Shown: positions 40,547 to 50,230 of the stretch, piece by piece | Position numbering within the stretch: the first letter of the stretch is position 1 | How the letters are laid out: every line of letters starts with the position of its first letter | NCBI GenBank assembly: GCA_014237915.1 | Contig: JABACC010000013.1 | Location: forward strand, 64,568 to 128,567 | From: Candidatus Paceibacter sp. | Lineage (GTDB): Bacteria; Patescibacteriota; Minisyncoccia; Phycocordibacterales; GCA-2747955 | Direction of reading: 5' to 3' | DNA length: 64,000 nucleotides | The notes under the pieces: generated by a model | What the model was told of the DNA's origin: nothing | Seen by the model: only the letters and a program-made list of their open reading frames with translations | The model's database searches: none | Program-made: the position numbers and the translations under genes

Positions 40547-42115
40547 TTATTTTTTAAAAGTTTCTGAAAAATTTTTCAAAAATTCATCTAAATCTTTTTT
40601 AATATCGTCTTCAATTTTTTTATTTTCTTTAATTGAATTTAAAATTTCTCCTTTTTCGTTTTCTAAAGCTTCAAGCATTTTTTCTTCTGCTTCTAAAATA
40701 TTTTCAGGTAAAATTTCTTTTACAAAATCTTTGTTTGATGCAAAATAAATAGCCACAACTTGTTTTTCAAATGAAAGCGGAGAATTTACATCTTGTTTTA
40801 AAATTTCAATTATTTTTTTTGAAGAATCCATTTTTCTTTTTGTCTCAGGATCTAAATCAGAGTCAGAAGAAAATTGAGAAAAAGCCTCAAGTTCTCTAAA
40901 TTGTGCAAGCCCAAGTTTTACATTTCCAGAAACTGACTTCATGGCTTTTGTTTGCGCGGCAGATCCAACACGAGAAACAGAAAGTCCCACATCGATGGCT
41001 GGTTTTATACCTTTGTTAAATAAATTTGTGTCTAGAAAAATTTGTCCGTCTGTAATAGAAATTACATTTGTTGGAATATAAGCCGAAACATCTCCTTCTT
41101 GAGTTTCAATAATTGGTAAAGCGGTTATAGATCCTCCGCCTAATTTTTCATTTAATTTTACAGATCTTTCTAAGAGTCTTGAGTGTAAGTAAAAAACATC
41201 CCCAGGGTAAGCCTCTCTTCCGGGAGGTCTTCTAAGTAGTAGTGAAATTTGTCTGTATGCTATTGCTTGTTTTGTTAAATCGTCAAAAACAATTAAGACG
41301 TCTTTTCCTTTTTCTAAAAAATATTCTCCAATGGCTACGCCCACAAACGGAGCTAAATATTGAAAAACTGCAGATTCTGATGCGCCAGCTGAAACTATTG
41401 TCGTATAGTCTAAAGCTCCATTTTTTTCTAAAGTTCCTAAAATTTTTGCAGTTTTTGAATCTTTTTGCCCAACAGCAACGTAAATACAAATTGGTCTTTT
41501 TTCTTTTTTTTCATTTTTTTGATTTATTATTGTGTCAATTGCAATTGAAGTTTTTCCAGAAGATCGATCTCCAATTATTAACTCTCTTTGCCCTCTTCCG
41601 ATTGGTATCATGGAATCAATTGCCTTTATTCCAGTTTGGAGTGGTTCGTTTACTCCTGCTCTGTCCATTACTCCGTAAGCTTCTTTTTCAACTGACATTT
41701 TTTTGTCAGATAAAATTTCACCTTTTCCATCAATAGGATTTCCTAAAGCGTTTACAACTCTTCCAATAATTTTTTCAGAAACATCAACATTTAAAGTTTC
41801 TCCTGTTTTTACAGCAATATCTCCTTCACTCACAAGAGACTGATCTCCAAAAATTACAGCCTTAACAACATCTTCCTCTAAGTTTAAAACAAGGGCTTTA
41901 ACTTTTTCTTCTTTTTTTTCAATACTCTCTTCTAAAGAAGTTTCTTTATCTTTTTTTATATATAAAACCTCTGAGGAAAAAACTCCAGAAAGACCTTCAA
42001 TTTCAACAACTCCGTCTTTTGAAGAAACAACTCTTCCGATTTTTTCTAAAATTTTTTCTTCTGGAGAAAAATTCTCTATCTTTTTTTTTAACTCTTCTAT
42101 TATATGATTCGACAT
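40547..42115 (-). CDS. atpA: F1 ATP synthase subunit alpha
   Basis: GRGQRELIIGDRSSGKT, RRPPGREAYPGD, ISITDGQ. Confidence 0.98.
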   Translation of the reverse strand: MSNHIIEELKKKIENFSPEEKILEKIGRVVSSKDGVVEIEGLSGVFSSEVLYIKKDKETSLEESIEKKEEKVKALVLNLEEDVVKAVIFGDQSLVSEGDIAVKTGETLNVDVSEKIIGRVVNALGNPIDGKGEILSDKKMSVEKEAYGVMDRAGVNEPLQTGIKAIDSMIPIGRGQRELIIGDRSSGKTSIAIDTIINQKNEKKEKRPICIYVAVGQKDSKTAKILGTLEKNGALDYTTIVSAGASESAVFQYLAPFVGVAIGEYFLEKGKDVLIVFDDLTKQAIAYRQISLLLRRPPGREAYPGDVFYLHSRLLERSVKLNEKLGGGSITALPIIETQEGDVSAYIPTNVISITDGQIFLDTNLFNKGIKPAIDVGLSVSRVGSAAQTKAMKSVSGNVKLGLAQFRELEAFSQFSSDSDLDPETKRKMDSSKKIIEILKQDVNSPLSFEKQVVAIYFASNKDFVKEILPENILEAEEKMLEALENEKGEILNSIKENKKIEDDIKKDLDEFLKNFSETFKK

Positions 42116-42174
42116 TTTTTATAAATTAACAAAAAAAATTATATCATATTTTTAAAAATTAACCCCTAATTTCA

Positions 42175-45100
42175 CTAATCAATTTTTTTTAATTTTTCAA
42201 CAATAAAAGAAAATTCTTCATCATCTTTTTTTTCTAATTTTCCAGAAAATGCAAAAGTTCTTTCAATTTCTAAAATATCAGAAAATTCTTTATATGTATC
42301 TGGAAAAATAACCCCCTCTAAAGATCCTGTAAAGTCAGAAAAATTTACAAAAGCCATTTCTTTTCCTTTTTTTGTGGTAATTATTTTTAAATTTTCAATA
42401 ATTCCCGCAATAACATATTTTGTTTCTCTGCCTTTTTCTAAAATTGAAGCAATGTTTTTGTTTTCAGCAGAAATTTTTTCTTTCCAACGATCAAGAGGAT
42501 GCCCTGAAATATAAAGCCCTAAAAGTTCTTTTTCCCAAAATAATTTTTCTCTGTTTGAAAAAGGTAAGGTATATTTTTTATCTTCATTTTTTCCTGTTTT
42601 TAAAATTATATTAACTCCTTCAGAATTTTTTAATTTAATTTGAGATTTTTCTGCTTCTTCTGAGAACAAACTTCCTTGATCTGAATTTTCTTCTCTAGAA
42701 TTTTTACTAAATTCTAAGAGCTCTTCAATATTTGCTAAAATTTCTGACCTATCTGAAAATCCGTCTAAGGCTCCAGACAAACTTAAAGCTTCCAGTGATT
42801 TTTTATTTATTCCTAAAGGAGAAGTTCTTTTTAAAAAATCTTCCAATGATAAATAATTACCGTTTTTCTTTCTCTCGTTTACAATTTCTTCTGCAATTTT
42901 TTCACCGAAATTTTTTATCGACAAAAGACCAAAACGAATAACTTCTTTTTTTTCATCTTTTTCATTATTTTTTTGAGCTACAGCAAAATCTTCGTAAGAT
43001 TCATTTATGTCTGGAGCTAAAACTTCTATATCCATTTTTTTACATTCTTCAATTTCTTTTTTTATAGATTCGTTATTTCCAGCATCAGCTGTTAAGACCG
43101 CCGCCATATATTCTGTTGGAAAATTTGCTTTCAAATATGCTGTTCTGTAAGATAGCCAGCCGTAAGCTGCAGCGTGGCCTTTGTTAAAACCGTAAGCTGC
43201 AAAAGTTACAATATTTTCCCAAAGCTCATTTACCACTTTTTCTGGCATTTTAGATTTTAAACAACCCGCTTTAAATTTTTCCTCCTGCTCTGCCATTAAT
43301 TCTGGAATTTTTTTACCCATAGCTTTTCGAAATTTATCTGCCTCAAGCCAAGAATATCCTGCCATATCAACAGCAAGCTGCATTATGTCATCTTGATAAA
43401 TTAAAAGTCCGTATGAAGCTTTTAAATAAGGCTCTGTTCTGGGATCTGGATATGTAACTTTTTCTGGATTGTTTTTTCTTAAAATATATTCTGGAATAAA
43501 TTCCATTGGCCCCGGCCTGTACAGCGCCACCATGGCATTTATATCATCAACTGAGCTTGGTTTTAACTCTTTAAGCCATTTTGTCATTCCCTCAGAGGAA
43601 AGCTGAAAAACTCCTCCTGTTTTTCCTTCGGTTAGCATTTTAAAAGTCTTTTTGTCGTCTTCTGGAATTTCATAAATATTAATTTTTTTTCCTTTTACTT
43701 TATCAACTCTTTTCAAAGCTTCTGTGATTATTGTTAAATTTTTTAAACCAAGAAAATCAAATTTTATTAATCCTGCGTCTTCCACAGCGTGCATATCGTA
43801 TTGAGTAACTATTTTTCCAGTTTTTTGATCAACTTGCACCGGAGTATAATCCGAAACTTCTGTTGGAGAAATTACCACTCCTGCGGCGTGAATCGAAATA
43901 TGGCGTGCAGAACCTTCAATTTTTTTAGCCATATCAATAATTTTTTTCACATCCAAATCTTTTTTATATAAATCTTTTAAATCATCAACTTCGTCCAAAG
44001 CTCGGTCTATAAACATTGGAAATCCTTGTTTTCCAATTGGAATTAATTTTGAAATCTTATCTCCGATTTTATACTCATAACCCAAAGCTCTGGCACAATC
44101 TTTTACTGCTCCTCTTGCAGCCATTGTTCCAAAAGTTCCAATTTGTGCTACCGATTTTTTTCCATATTTTTCAACAGCATAAGAAATTAATTCATCTCTT
44201 TTATCTTCAGCAATATCTAAATCAATATCTGGAGGTGAAGGTCTTTCTGGGTTTAAAAATCTTTCAAAAGGTAGTTTAAATCTTAATGGATCAACTGTTG
44301 TAATTCCGCACAAATAAGAAACCAAAGATCCAGCGGCCGAACCTCTTGTGTTTGTTAAAATTCCATTTTTTTTGGAATGATCTATAAAATCAGTAATTAT
44401 TAAAAAATAAACAGAATAGCCTTTTTGAGCAATAACGGAAAGCTCGTAATCCAACCTTTTTTTTGAAAACTCACTTTTTTCTACTTTTCCAGATTCATAT
44501 ATTTCATAGGAAATTTTTTTTAATTCTTCATCGTAATTATTTTTAGAATTTTTTAAATCATAATCTGGAAAAACCCATTTTCCTAAATTAAGTTCTAAAT
44601 TACACTTTTCAACAATTTCAGAAATATTTGAAAGTGATTCAGGAGCGTGTGAGAAAAAATCTTCCATTTTTTCGGGAGAATGAAAAGAAAAATCTTCGCC
44701 ATCATTGTGTTCCATTTTTCCCATTTTAATATTTCCAACATCCACCAAAACATTTCTAGCTTCCCTGTCTTTTTTTTCTAAATAATAAGTATCTCCTGTG
44801 GCCACTAATTTTAAATTATTTTTTTTAGAAAAATTTATGATTTTTTCTTGGAGCTCTTTTTGTCCTTCAATTTCTGGTTGATGAATAATTTCTAAATATA
44901 AATCTTCGCCAAAAGTTTTTTTGTAAAAATTTATTTCCTCTAAAGCTTTTTCTTCGTTGTTTAATCTTAAATGTGTAGAAGTAGGGCCTGAAAACTGCGG
45001 AATAATACAAACTAAATCTTTTCCAAATTTTTCTAAAAGCTCTTTGTCGATTCTTGGTTTGTAATAATAACCTTCCAGAAAAGAGTAAGAAACCAGTTTT

Positions 45101-45408
45101 AATAAATTTTTGTAACCATCTTCATTTTTTGCGAGTAATACAAGCCTGTATCTTTTGTTATCAATTTTTGGTTGTTTATCTCTTCTTTTTCTTAAAGCAA
45201 CATAAAAATCAACTCCCACAATTGGTTTGATTTCATTTTTTTTACATTCTTTATAAAAAGAAATTGCTGAATATAAATTTCCATCATCTGTTAAAGCAAG
45301 TGATTTTAAGTTAAATTCTTTTGCTTTTTTTATAAGATTTGGAATTTTTGGTAAAGCGTTTAAAAGTGAAAAGTGGCTGTGATTGTGAAGATGAGTAAAA
45401 TTTTTCAT
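42175..45408 (-). CDS. dnaE: DNA polymerase III alpha subunit
   Basis: PHP domain HLHNHS, RGSAAGS, PDIDLD, KFDFLGL, YGFNKGH. Confidence 0.98.
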   Translation of the reverse strand: MKNFTHLHNHSHFSLLNALPKIPNLIKKAKEFNLKSLALTDDGNLYSAISFYKECKKNEIKPIVGVDFYVALRKRRDKQPKIDNKRYRLVLLAKNEDGYKNLLKLVSYSFLEGYYYKPRIDKELLEKFGKDLVCIIPQFSGPTSTHLRLNNEEKALEEINFYKKTFGEDLYLEIIHQPEIEGQKELQEKIINFSKKNNLKLVATGDTYYLEKKDREARNVLVDVGNIKMGKMEHNDGEDFSFHSPEKMEDFFSHAPESLSNISEIVEKCNLELNLGKWVFPDYDLKNSKNNYDEELKKISYEIYESGKVEKSEFSKKRLDYELSVIAQKGYSVYFLIITDFIDHSKKNGILTNTRGSAAGSLVSYLCGITTVDPLRFKLPFERFLNPERPSPPDIDLDIAEDKRDELISYAVEKYGKKSVAQIGTFGTMAARGAVKDCARALGYEYKIGDKISKLIPIGKQGFPMFIDRALDEVDDLKDLYKKDLDVKKIIDMAKKIEGSARHISIHAAGVVISPTEVSDYTPVQVDQKTGKIVTQYDMHAVEDAGLIKFDFLGLKNLTIITEALKRVDKVKGKKINIYEIPEDDKKTFKMLTEGKTGGVFQLSSEGMTKWLKELKPSSVDDINAMVALYRPGPMEFIPEYILRKNNPEKVTYPDPRTEPYLKASYGLLIYQDDIMQLAVDMAGYSWLEADKFRKAMGKKIPELMAEQEEKFKAGCLKSKMPEKVVNELWENIVTFAAYGFNKGHAAAYGWLSYRTAYLKANFPTEYMAAVLTADAGNNESIKKEIEECKKMDIEVLAPDINESYEDFAVAQKNNEKDEKKEVIRFGLLSIKNFGEKIAEEIVNERKKNGNYLSLEDFLKRTSPLGINKKSLEALSLSGALDGFSDRSEILANIEELLEFSKNSREENSDQGSLFSEEAEKSQIKLKNSEGVNIILKTGKNEDKKYTLPFSNREKLFWEKELLGLYISGHPLDRWKEKISAENKNIASILEKGRETKYVIAGIIENLKIITTKKGKEMAFVNFSDFTGSLEGVIFPDTYKEFSDILEIERTFAFSGKLEKKDDEEFSFIVEKLKKID

Positions 45409-45433
45409 AAATAAATTATAACAAAAAAAATTC

Positions 45434-45488
45434 TAAAATTGGGCGCAAAAAAATGAAACTTCGTTTCATTTTTTTGCGCCCAATTTTA
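45434..45488. repeat. Perfect palindrome, 26-bp arms, C-TTC-G loop
   Basis: taaaattgggcgcaaaaaaatgaaac-TTC-exact reverse complement. Confidence 0.96.
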
Positions 45489-45509
45489 TAATTTTTTACC
45501 TCCAAGTTG

Positions 45510-45583
45510 AGCCGTTTCCCGAAATCGAATCGGGGACCTCAGCCTTACCATGGCTGCGCTCTATCCAACTGAGCTAAAACGGC
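45510..45583 (-). tRNA. tRNA-Thr(GGT)
   Basis: Reverse complement GCCGTTT...CAGCC-ATGGTAA-GGCTG...TTCGA...AAACGGCT. Confidence 0.93.
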
Positions 45584-45627
45584 TTTTTTTATTTTATTAA
45601 ATAAATTCGTATTTTTGTGTTTTTGTC

Positions 45628-45660
45628 TTTTGTGGATTTTGCTTCGCAAAATCCACAAAA
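45628..45660. repeat. Perfect palindrome, 15-bp arms, C-TTC-G loop
   Basis: ttttgtggattttgc-TTC-gcaaaatccacaaaa. Confidence 0.93.
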
Positions 45661-45675
45661 ATTTTACCACAAAAA

Positions 45676-46434
45676 TTATAAAAATTTTTCTCTATATTTT
45701 GACATTACAATTCCCGCAGAAACCGAAACATTTAAAGATTCTACTTTTTTTAAAATCGGGATATTTATTATAAAGTCAGATTTTTTTAAAGTTAAAACTG
45801 AAACTCCTCCCCCTTCCGATCCTAAAACAAAAGCAGTGTTTGTGTCAAAAGAGTTTTCAGAAAAAATTTCTGATCTTTCACTTTTTCCATCAAGAGCATA
45901 CATCCAAAATTTTTCTTTTTTTAATTTTTCAATTAAATTATTTATATTTGAAACTTTAATAATTGGCACAGAAAAAATATTTCCAGCTGAAGATTTGAAA
46001 ACCGCTCCGTTTACAGGCGCGGAATTTTTCTCTTCGAGAAAAATTCCGCAAACCCCAAAAGCTGCCGCCGAGCGCACAATAGCCCCCAAATTTCCCACAT
46101 CAGAAATTCCATCCAAAATTAAAACTAAATTTTTCTCAGGTTTTAAAAAATTATTTTTCCAATTATCAAAATTAAGATATTCAAAATTTTCAATTTGGGC
46201 TAAAATATTTTGGTGATTAACCTCCCCCACTTTTTTAAACGCAAAATCTTTGCTAACTATTTCTATTTCCACTTTTTTTGGAAAGTTTTCTATTTTAGAA
46301 GTAAAATTTTTAACCTCAGCTTTTTTCAAATCAACAAAATAAAATTTTTTTATTTTGTTTGCATTATTTTTCAAAACTTCTGAAATTACATTTTTCCCAT
46401 AAATGAAAAAACCTTTTTCTTTTTTATTATTCAT
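45676..46434 (-). CDS. rlmB: 23S rRNA Gm2251 2'-O-methyltransferase (TrmH/SpoU family)
   Basis: DVGNLGAIVRS, LGSEG, ESLNVSVSAG. Confidence 0.88.
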   Translation of the reverse strand: MNNKKEKGFFIYGKNVISEVLKNNANKIKKFYFVDLKKAEVKNFTSKIENFPKKVEIEIVSKDFAFKKVGEVNHQNILAQIENFEYLNFDNWKNNFLKPEKNLVLILDGISDVGNLGAIVRSAAAFGVCGIFLEEKNSAPVNGAVFKSSAGNIFSVPIIKVSNINNLIEKLKKEKFWMYALDGKSERSEIFSENSFDTNTAFVLGSEGGGVSVLTLKKSDFIINIPILKKVESLNVSVSAGIVMSKYREKFL

Positions 46435-46437
46435 AAA

Positions 46438-47766
46438 TTATATTTTAACATTTAAAAACCAATTAAATATACTTTTAAAAAAATTAATACTTCCCTCATT
46501 GTTCTTTTGGTCATTTTCTTGAAAATTATTTTCATTCTTTTTTTCAATTTCCAGAACCTTACTTTTTTCTTCTTTTTTGAAATTATTTTCTTCTTCGTAT
46601 ACTTCATTTTTTAAATCTTCTTGAACAACAATTTCTTTTGTTTTATAAATTTCTTCTTCACTAAAGTAAATCTCTTCAATATTGACATGCTCTTGATTTT
46701 CAATCTCAGTAGATACGAATTCATCTTTTATTTTAATTGTTTTAATAACTCCAACCTCTTCATCAACTTTTTTACTATAATTTTCTTCTATTTTAATTTT
46801 TGGTTTTTTCTCAATTCCTCGTATAGAGTTGAATATGTCGCTTTGAACATACTCAACTTTTTTACCTCCATCTTCCCACCTTTTACATTCCCAAGTTCCC
46901 TCTACTACCGAATTTTCTCCATACATATCCTTGCATACATCTTCCAAGGGTAGGTAATATTTTTTATCTCTAGAAATTAATTTATCCTCTTTGCAGTACA
47001 AACAACTACCACCTTTTTTAATATATTTTTCTCCTATTCCACACTCTTCTGATGTTTTTCCTCTTTTTATTTCTTTTTCATCTAAGTCATAATAGTAGTG
47101 AAAAACGTGTTTTTTATCATAATAAAAATCTAGGGAAATAGTATCTACAAATGGTGAAAAATATCCGTACTCTTTAAATGTATTATTTTCTAAAATTTGT
47201 TTCATTTCATAATATTGTTTATGTTTTTCTAAATACCAATTATGTGTGCACTGCTTATAGAGAAATTCTCTTTTTTCATCTAAAATTTGATTATTGTTGC
47301 TTGCATACGCTAATCTAAGTTTTTGTGTTAAGTCTTCCTGTTCTTGTATGTTATCTAAATATTGATTTTTAAGATTGTTTGAACTCATTCTAAAACCACC
47401 TGTTGCAATATATAACGCTCTAATATCATTAAATTCTTCTTCTTGTATTTCTTTAAGTTCAGACAATGAATCTCTTGCAAAATCTTCAAAAGATATTTCA
47501 TATTCATCATGCAAATCTTATATCTCTCCATTGTAAGCTTTGGAAACTTTTTCATAAACACCAACCGAACAAAAATCTTTACACAGATCTACATCAAAAA
47601 AATTCTCGCTACTATCTCTCCACCCGTCAACACAAATAGCACTTCCATCCAGATCAAAACCAGCACTACAGTCAACTCCTCCATGCCAAGAACAAGTTCC
47701 GGGAGCTGAAGAAAAACTAAAAACTGGTAATACAATAAAAATGAACAGTACTTTTTTCTTAATCAT
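46438..47766 (-). pseudogene. Secreted Cys-rich protein interrupted by one in-frame TAA (47518-47520)
   Basis: ORFs 47518-47766 (signal peptide, GTCSWHGGV) and 46438-47514 share one frame: ...YNGEI*DLHDEY... Confidence 0.75.
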
Positions 47767-47775
47767 GGTGTCAAA

Positions 47776-48756
47776 TTAATAAATTTCAAAACCGATTTTT
47801 TTGCGAACTTCGAGTATTTTTTTATTTGCTTGTTTTTTAGCTTCAGCTCCACCTTTTTTTAAAATTTTTAAAACTTTTTCTGGGTTTTTTTCTAATTCTT
47901 TTCTTTTTTTTCTCATATCTTTTAGATATTTATTTACAACTTCAGCTGCAAAAATTTTAATTTCTCCATAGCCGTAGCCTCCTTCTTCAAACATTTTTCG
48001 CATTTTTTTATTTTCTTCTGCATTTGCAAAAAGTTTAAAAATTTTATAAAGGGTATATTTTTCTGGATTTTTTTTAGCAGAAATTTTTTTTGAATCCATT
48101 GGAATAGACATCATGTATTTTAAAGTTTCTTTTTCTGAAACAAAAAGAGGAAGTTCGTTTTTGTAAGACTTAGACATTTTTCTTCCATCATTTCCTAAAA
48201 TAACAGAAACTTCTTTTTTAACAAAAGCACGGGGCTCTTTAAAAGTTTTTCCAAAAGTATTATTAAATTTTCTGACAATTTCCCTAGCCATTTCTATGTG
48301 TTGTTTTTGATCTTCTCCAACAGGCACAATTTCCGCGTCGTACAAAACAATGTCTGATGTTTGCAAAATTGGATAATCAAAAAGGCCAACGGAAACATCT
48401 TTATTTTTTGCCTGAGAATCTTTAAAAGCATGAGCCCGCATTAATGTTGGCACCGAAACTATGCAGTTAAAAATCCAAGTAAGTTCGGTGTGAGCTGGAA
48501 TATCTGATTGTTTATAAAAAACTACTTTTTTAGGATCAATTCCAACAGCTAATAAATCAATGGCTACATTTAAAATATTTTTCTCCATTTTTTTTTTATC
48601 TTGAACGGAAATTAAAGCGTGATAATCTGGAATAAAAATATAGACTTTTTTGTATTTATTTTGAAGATCCACCCACTGCTTTAAAGCTCCAAAATAATTT
48701 CCAATGTGAGGGTTACCTGTTGGCTTAATTCCTGAAAGTAAAATTTCTTTTTTCAT
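47776..48756 (-). CDS. trpS: Tryptophan--tRNA ligase
   Basis: SGIKPTGNPHIGNY, VPVGEDQKQH, KMSKS; start moved to MKKEILL, which follows TGTTATAAT. Confidence 0.97.
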   Translation of the reverse strand: MKKEILLSGIKPTGNPHIGNYFGALKQWVDLQNKYKKVYIFIPDYHALISVQDKKKMEKNILNVAIDLLAVGIDPKKVVFYKQSDIPAHTELTWIFNCIVSVPTLMRAHAFKDSQAKNKDVSVGLFDYPILQTSDIVLYDAEIVPVGEDQKQHIEMAREIVRKFNNTFGKTFKEPRAFVKKEVSVILGNDGRKMSKSYKNELPLFVSEKETLKYMMSIPMDSKKISAKKNPEKYTLYKIFKLFANAEENKKMRKMFEEGGYGYGEIKIFAAEVVNKYLKDMRKKRKELEKNPEKVLKILKKGGAEAKKQANKKILEVRKKIGFEIY

Positions 48757-48780
48757 ATAAAAATTATAACATTTTACAAA

Positions 48781-48811
48781 AGAAAAAACTTCGCAGAGCG
48801 AAGTTTTTTCT
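48781..48811. repeat. Perfect palindrome, 14-bp arms, C-AGA-G loop
   Basis: agaaaaaacttcgc-AGA-gcgaagttttttct. Confidence 0.92.
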
Positions 48812-49000
48812 ATGCTTCCAATAAAATAAATTTTATTAAAAGCGTTGTGAGAAAAATAAATTCTTCCCACAACGCTTTCAACAAAAAATGTTGAGAGCAA
48901 ACTTTCATAAAGAAAGTTTTGTAATTATATGGAAAAATAAAATCATTTCAAATTTTTTTAAAGCAAAATGTGGATAACTTTTTTGTGTTTTTGAGCCGGA

Positions 49001-49037
49001 AAAAAGGCGGATTTTGCTTCGAAAAATCCGCCTTTTT
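49001..49037. repeat. Palindrome, 17-bp arms with 1 mismatch, C-TTC-G loop
   Basis: aaaaaggcggattttgc-TTC-gaaaaatccgccttttt, between divergent trpS and fmt. Confidence 0.88.
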
Positions 49038-49062
49038 CTCCCTTAAATGTTATAATTCCAAA

Positions 49063-49890
49063 ATGGGAAAAAAAGTAAGAACAATTTTTTTTGGCACTCC
49101 AAAAATATCAGTCTATTTTTTAGAAAAAGCAAAAAGTCTTGGCTTTTCTCCAGATTTAATAATTACAAATCCAGACAAATTTTCTGGAAGAAAAAAAATA
49201 TTAACTCCCCCACCAGTTAAGCTTTGGGCTGAGGAAAATAAAATTCCATACTTACAGCCACAAAATTTATACGAAGAAAGTTTTTTAAATAAAATAAAAA
49301 ACTATAATCTTTTTTTTGTTTTTGCTTACAATAAAATTTTAAAAAAAGAAATTTTGGAAATTCCAAATTTTGGAATTTTAAATTTACATCCCTCACTTTT
49401 ACCAAAATATCGAGGCCCTTCACCAATAATTTCTGCTTTGTTGGGCGACGAGAAAAATACAGGTCTTTCTATTATAAGGCTTGATGAAAAAATGGATTCG
49501 GGCCCAATAGTTTTTCAAAAAAAAATAAAAATTGAAAACTGGCAAAAAAATAATATTTTAGAAAAATTTTTTGCTGAGAATGGAGCAGAAGCTTTTGTAA
49601 AAATGTTGCCAGATTTTTTAGAAGGAAAAATAAAAGAAAAAAAACAAGAAAATGAAAATGCTACTTATTGCAAAAAATTTGAAAAAAAAGATATGGAAAT
49701 TTTTTCTTCTGACGACGAATATTTAAAATGGAGAAAATTTTTAGCTTTTTCTAAATCTTTTTTTATGGGGGAAGTTGAAAAAAGATTTGTTGTAACTGAT
49801 GCAGAATTTTCTGATAATAAATTTTTAATTAAAAAAGTAATTCCTGAGGGAAAAAAAGAAACGGATTTTAAAAAAGATTTTTTAAAATAA
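49063..49890 (+). CDS. fmt: Methionyl-tRNA formyltransferase
   Basis: FFGTP, NLHPSLLPKYRGPSP, MDSGPI; start moved to MGKK, 6 nt after TATAAT. Confidence 0.95.
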   Translation: MGKKVRTIFFGTPKISVYFLEKAKSLGFSPDLIITNPDKFSGRKKILTPPPVKLWAEENKIPYLQPQNLYEESFLNKIKNYNLFFVFAYNKILKKEILEIPNFGILNLHPSLLPKYRGPSPIISALLGDEKNTGLSIIRLDEKMDSGPIVFQKKIKIENWQKNNILEKFFAENGAEAFVKMLPDFLEGKIKEKKQENENATYCKKFEKKDMEIFSSDDEYLKWRKFLAFSKSFFMGEVEKRFVVTDAEFSDNKFLIKKVIPEGKKETDFKKDFLK

Positions 49891-49927
49891 AAATAAAAGC
49901 GCGGCCCTGCGGGCCGCGCTTTTATTT
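49891..49927. repeat. Perfect palindrome, 17-bp arms, C-TGC-G loop (GCA on minus strand)
   Basis: aaataaaagcgcggccc-TGC-gggccgcgcttttattt. Confidence 0.93.
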
Positions 49928-50007
49928 CCACTTTTTTTTTAAAAAAAACTTGCAATTAAATAAAAAAACATTATAATAAATTTAGGCCAACAACAGAGGA
50001 TAAAATT

Positions 50008-50127
50008 ATGAAAAAATTTCCAATTACTGTAGATTATGTCATGTATTTTTATGATCCTTGTCGTGAAGGATTCTTTAATATTTGGAATGATCCCCTTCCA
50101 GCGAAGGAAGTTCTGTCAGGAAACTGA
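50008..50127 (+). CDS. Small protein, 39 aa
   Basis: TTGCAA-N16-TATAAT promoter, SD AGAGGA, MKKFPITVDYVMYFYDPCREGFFNIWNDPLPAKEVLSGN*. Confidence 0.65.
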   Translation: MKKFPITVDYVMYFYDPCREGFFNIWNDPLPAKEVLSGN

Positions 50128-50146
50128 CTGGTAAATCCACAAATTC

Positions 50147-50167
50147 GCGCGCACCTTTGGTGCGCGC
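50147..50167. repeat. Short palindrome, 9-bp arms, C-TTT-G loop
   Basis: gcgcgcacc-TTT-ggtgcgcgc, same core as the 24301 and 58648 copies. Confidence 0.85.
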
Positions 50168-50230
50168 TTATTATTTTTTAAAAAAATTTATTTAAAATTT
50201 AATTCCCAAAAAGAAAAAATTTTTATATTT

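Noticed and set aside
48757-48970. T-box riboswitch for trpS (likewise thrS, valS)
   Set aside because: No GGTGG-ACC T-box consensus, and the genes have -10 boxes right at their starts.
17674-48977. oriC from DnaA boxes (17674, 26014, 35196, 48969)
   Set aside because: Boxes are single and scattered; there is no cluster and no dnaA/dnaN.
50085-50135. SRP RNA-like sequence (gcgaaggaag...gtcagg)
   Set aside because: Motif order does not match SRP helix 8, and the stretch is better explained by the 39-aa ORF.
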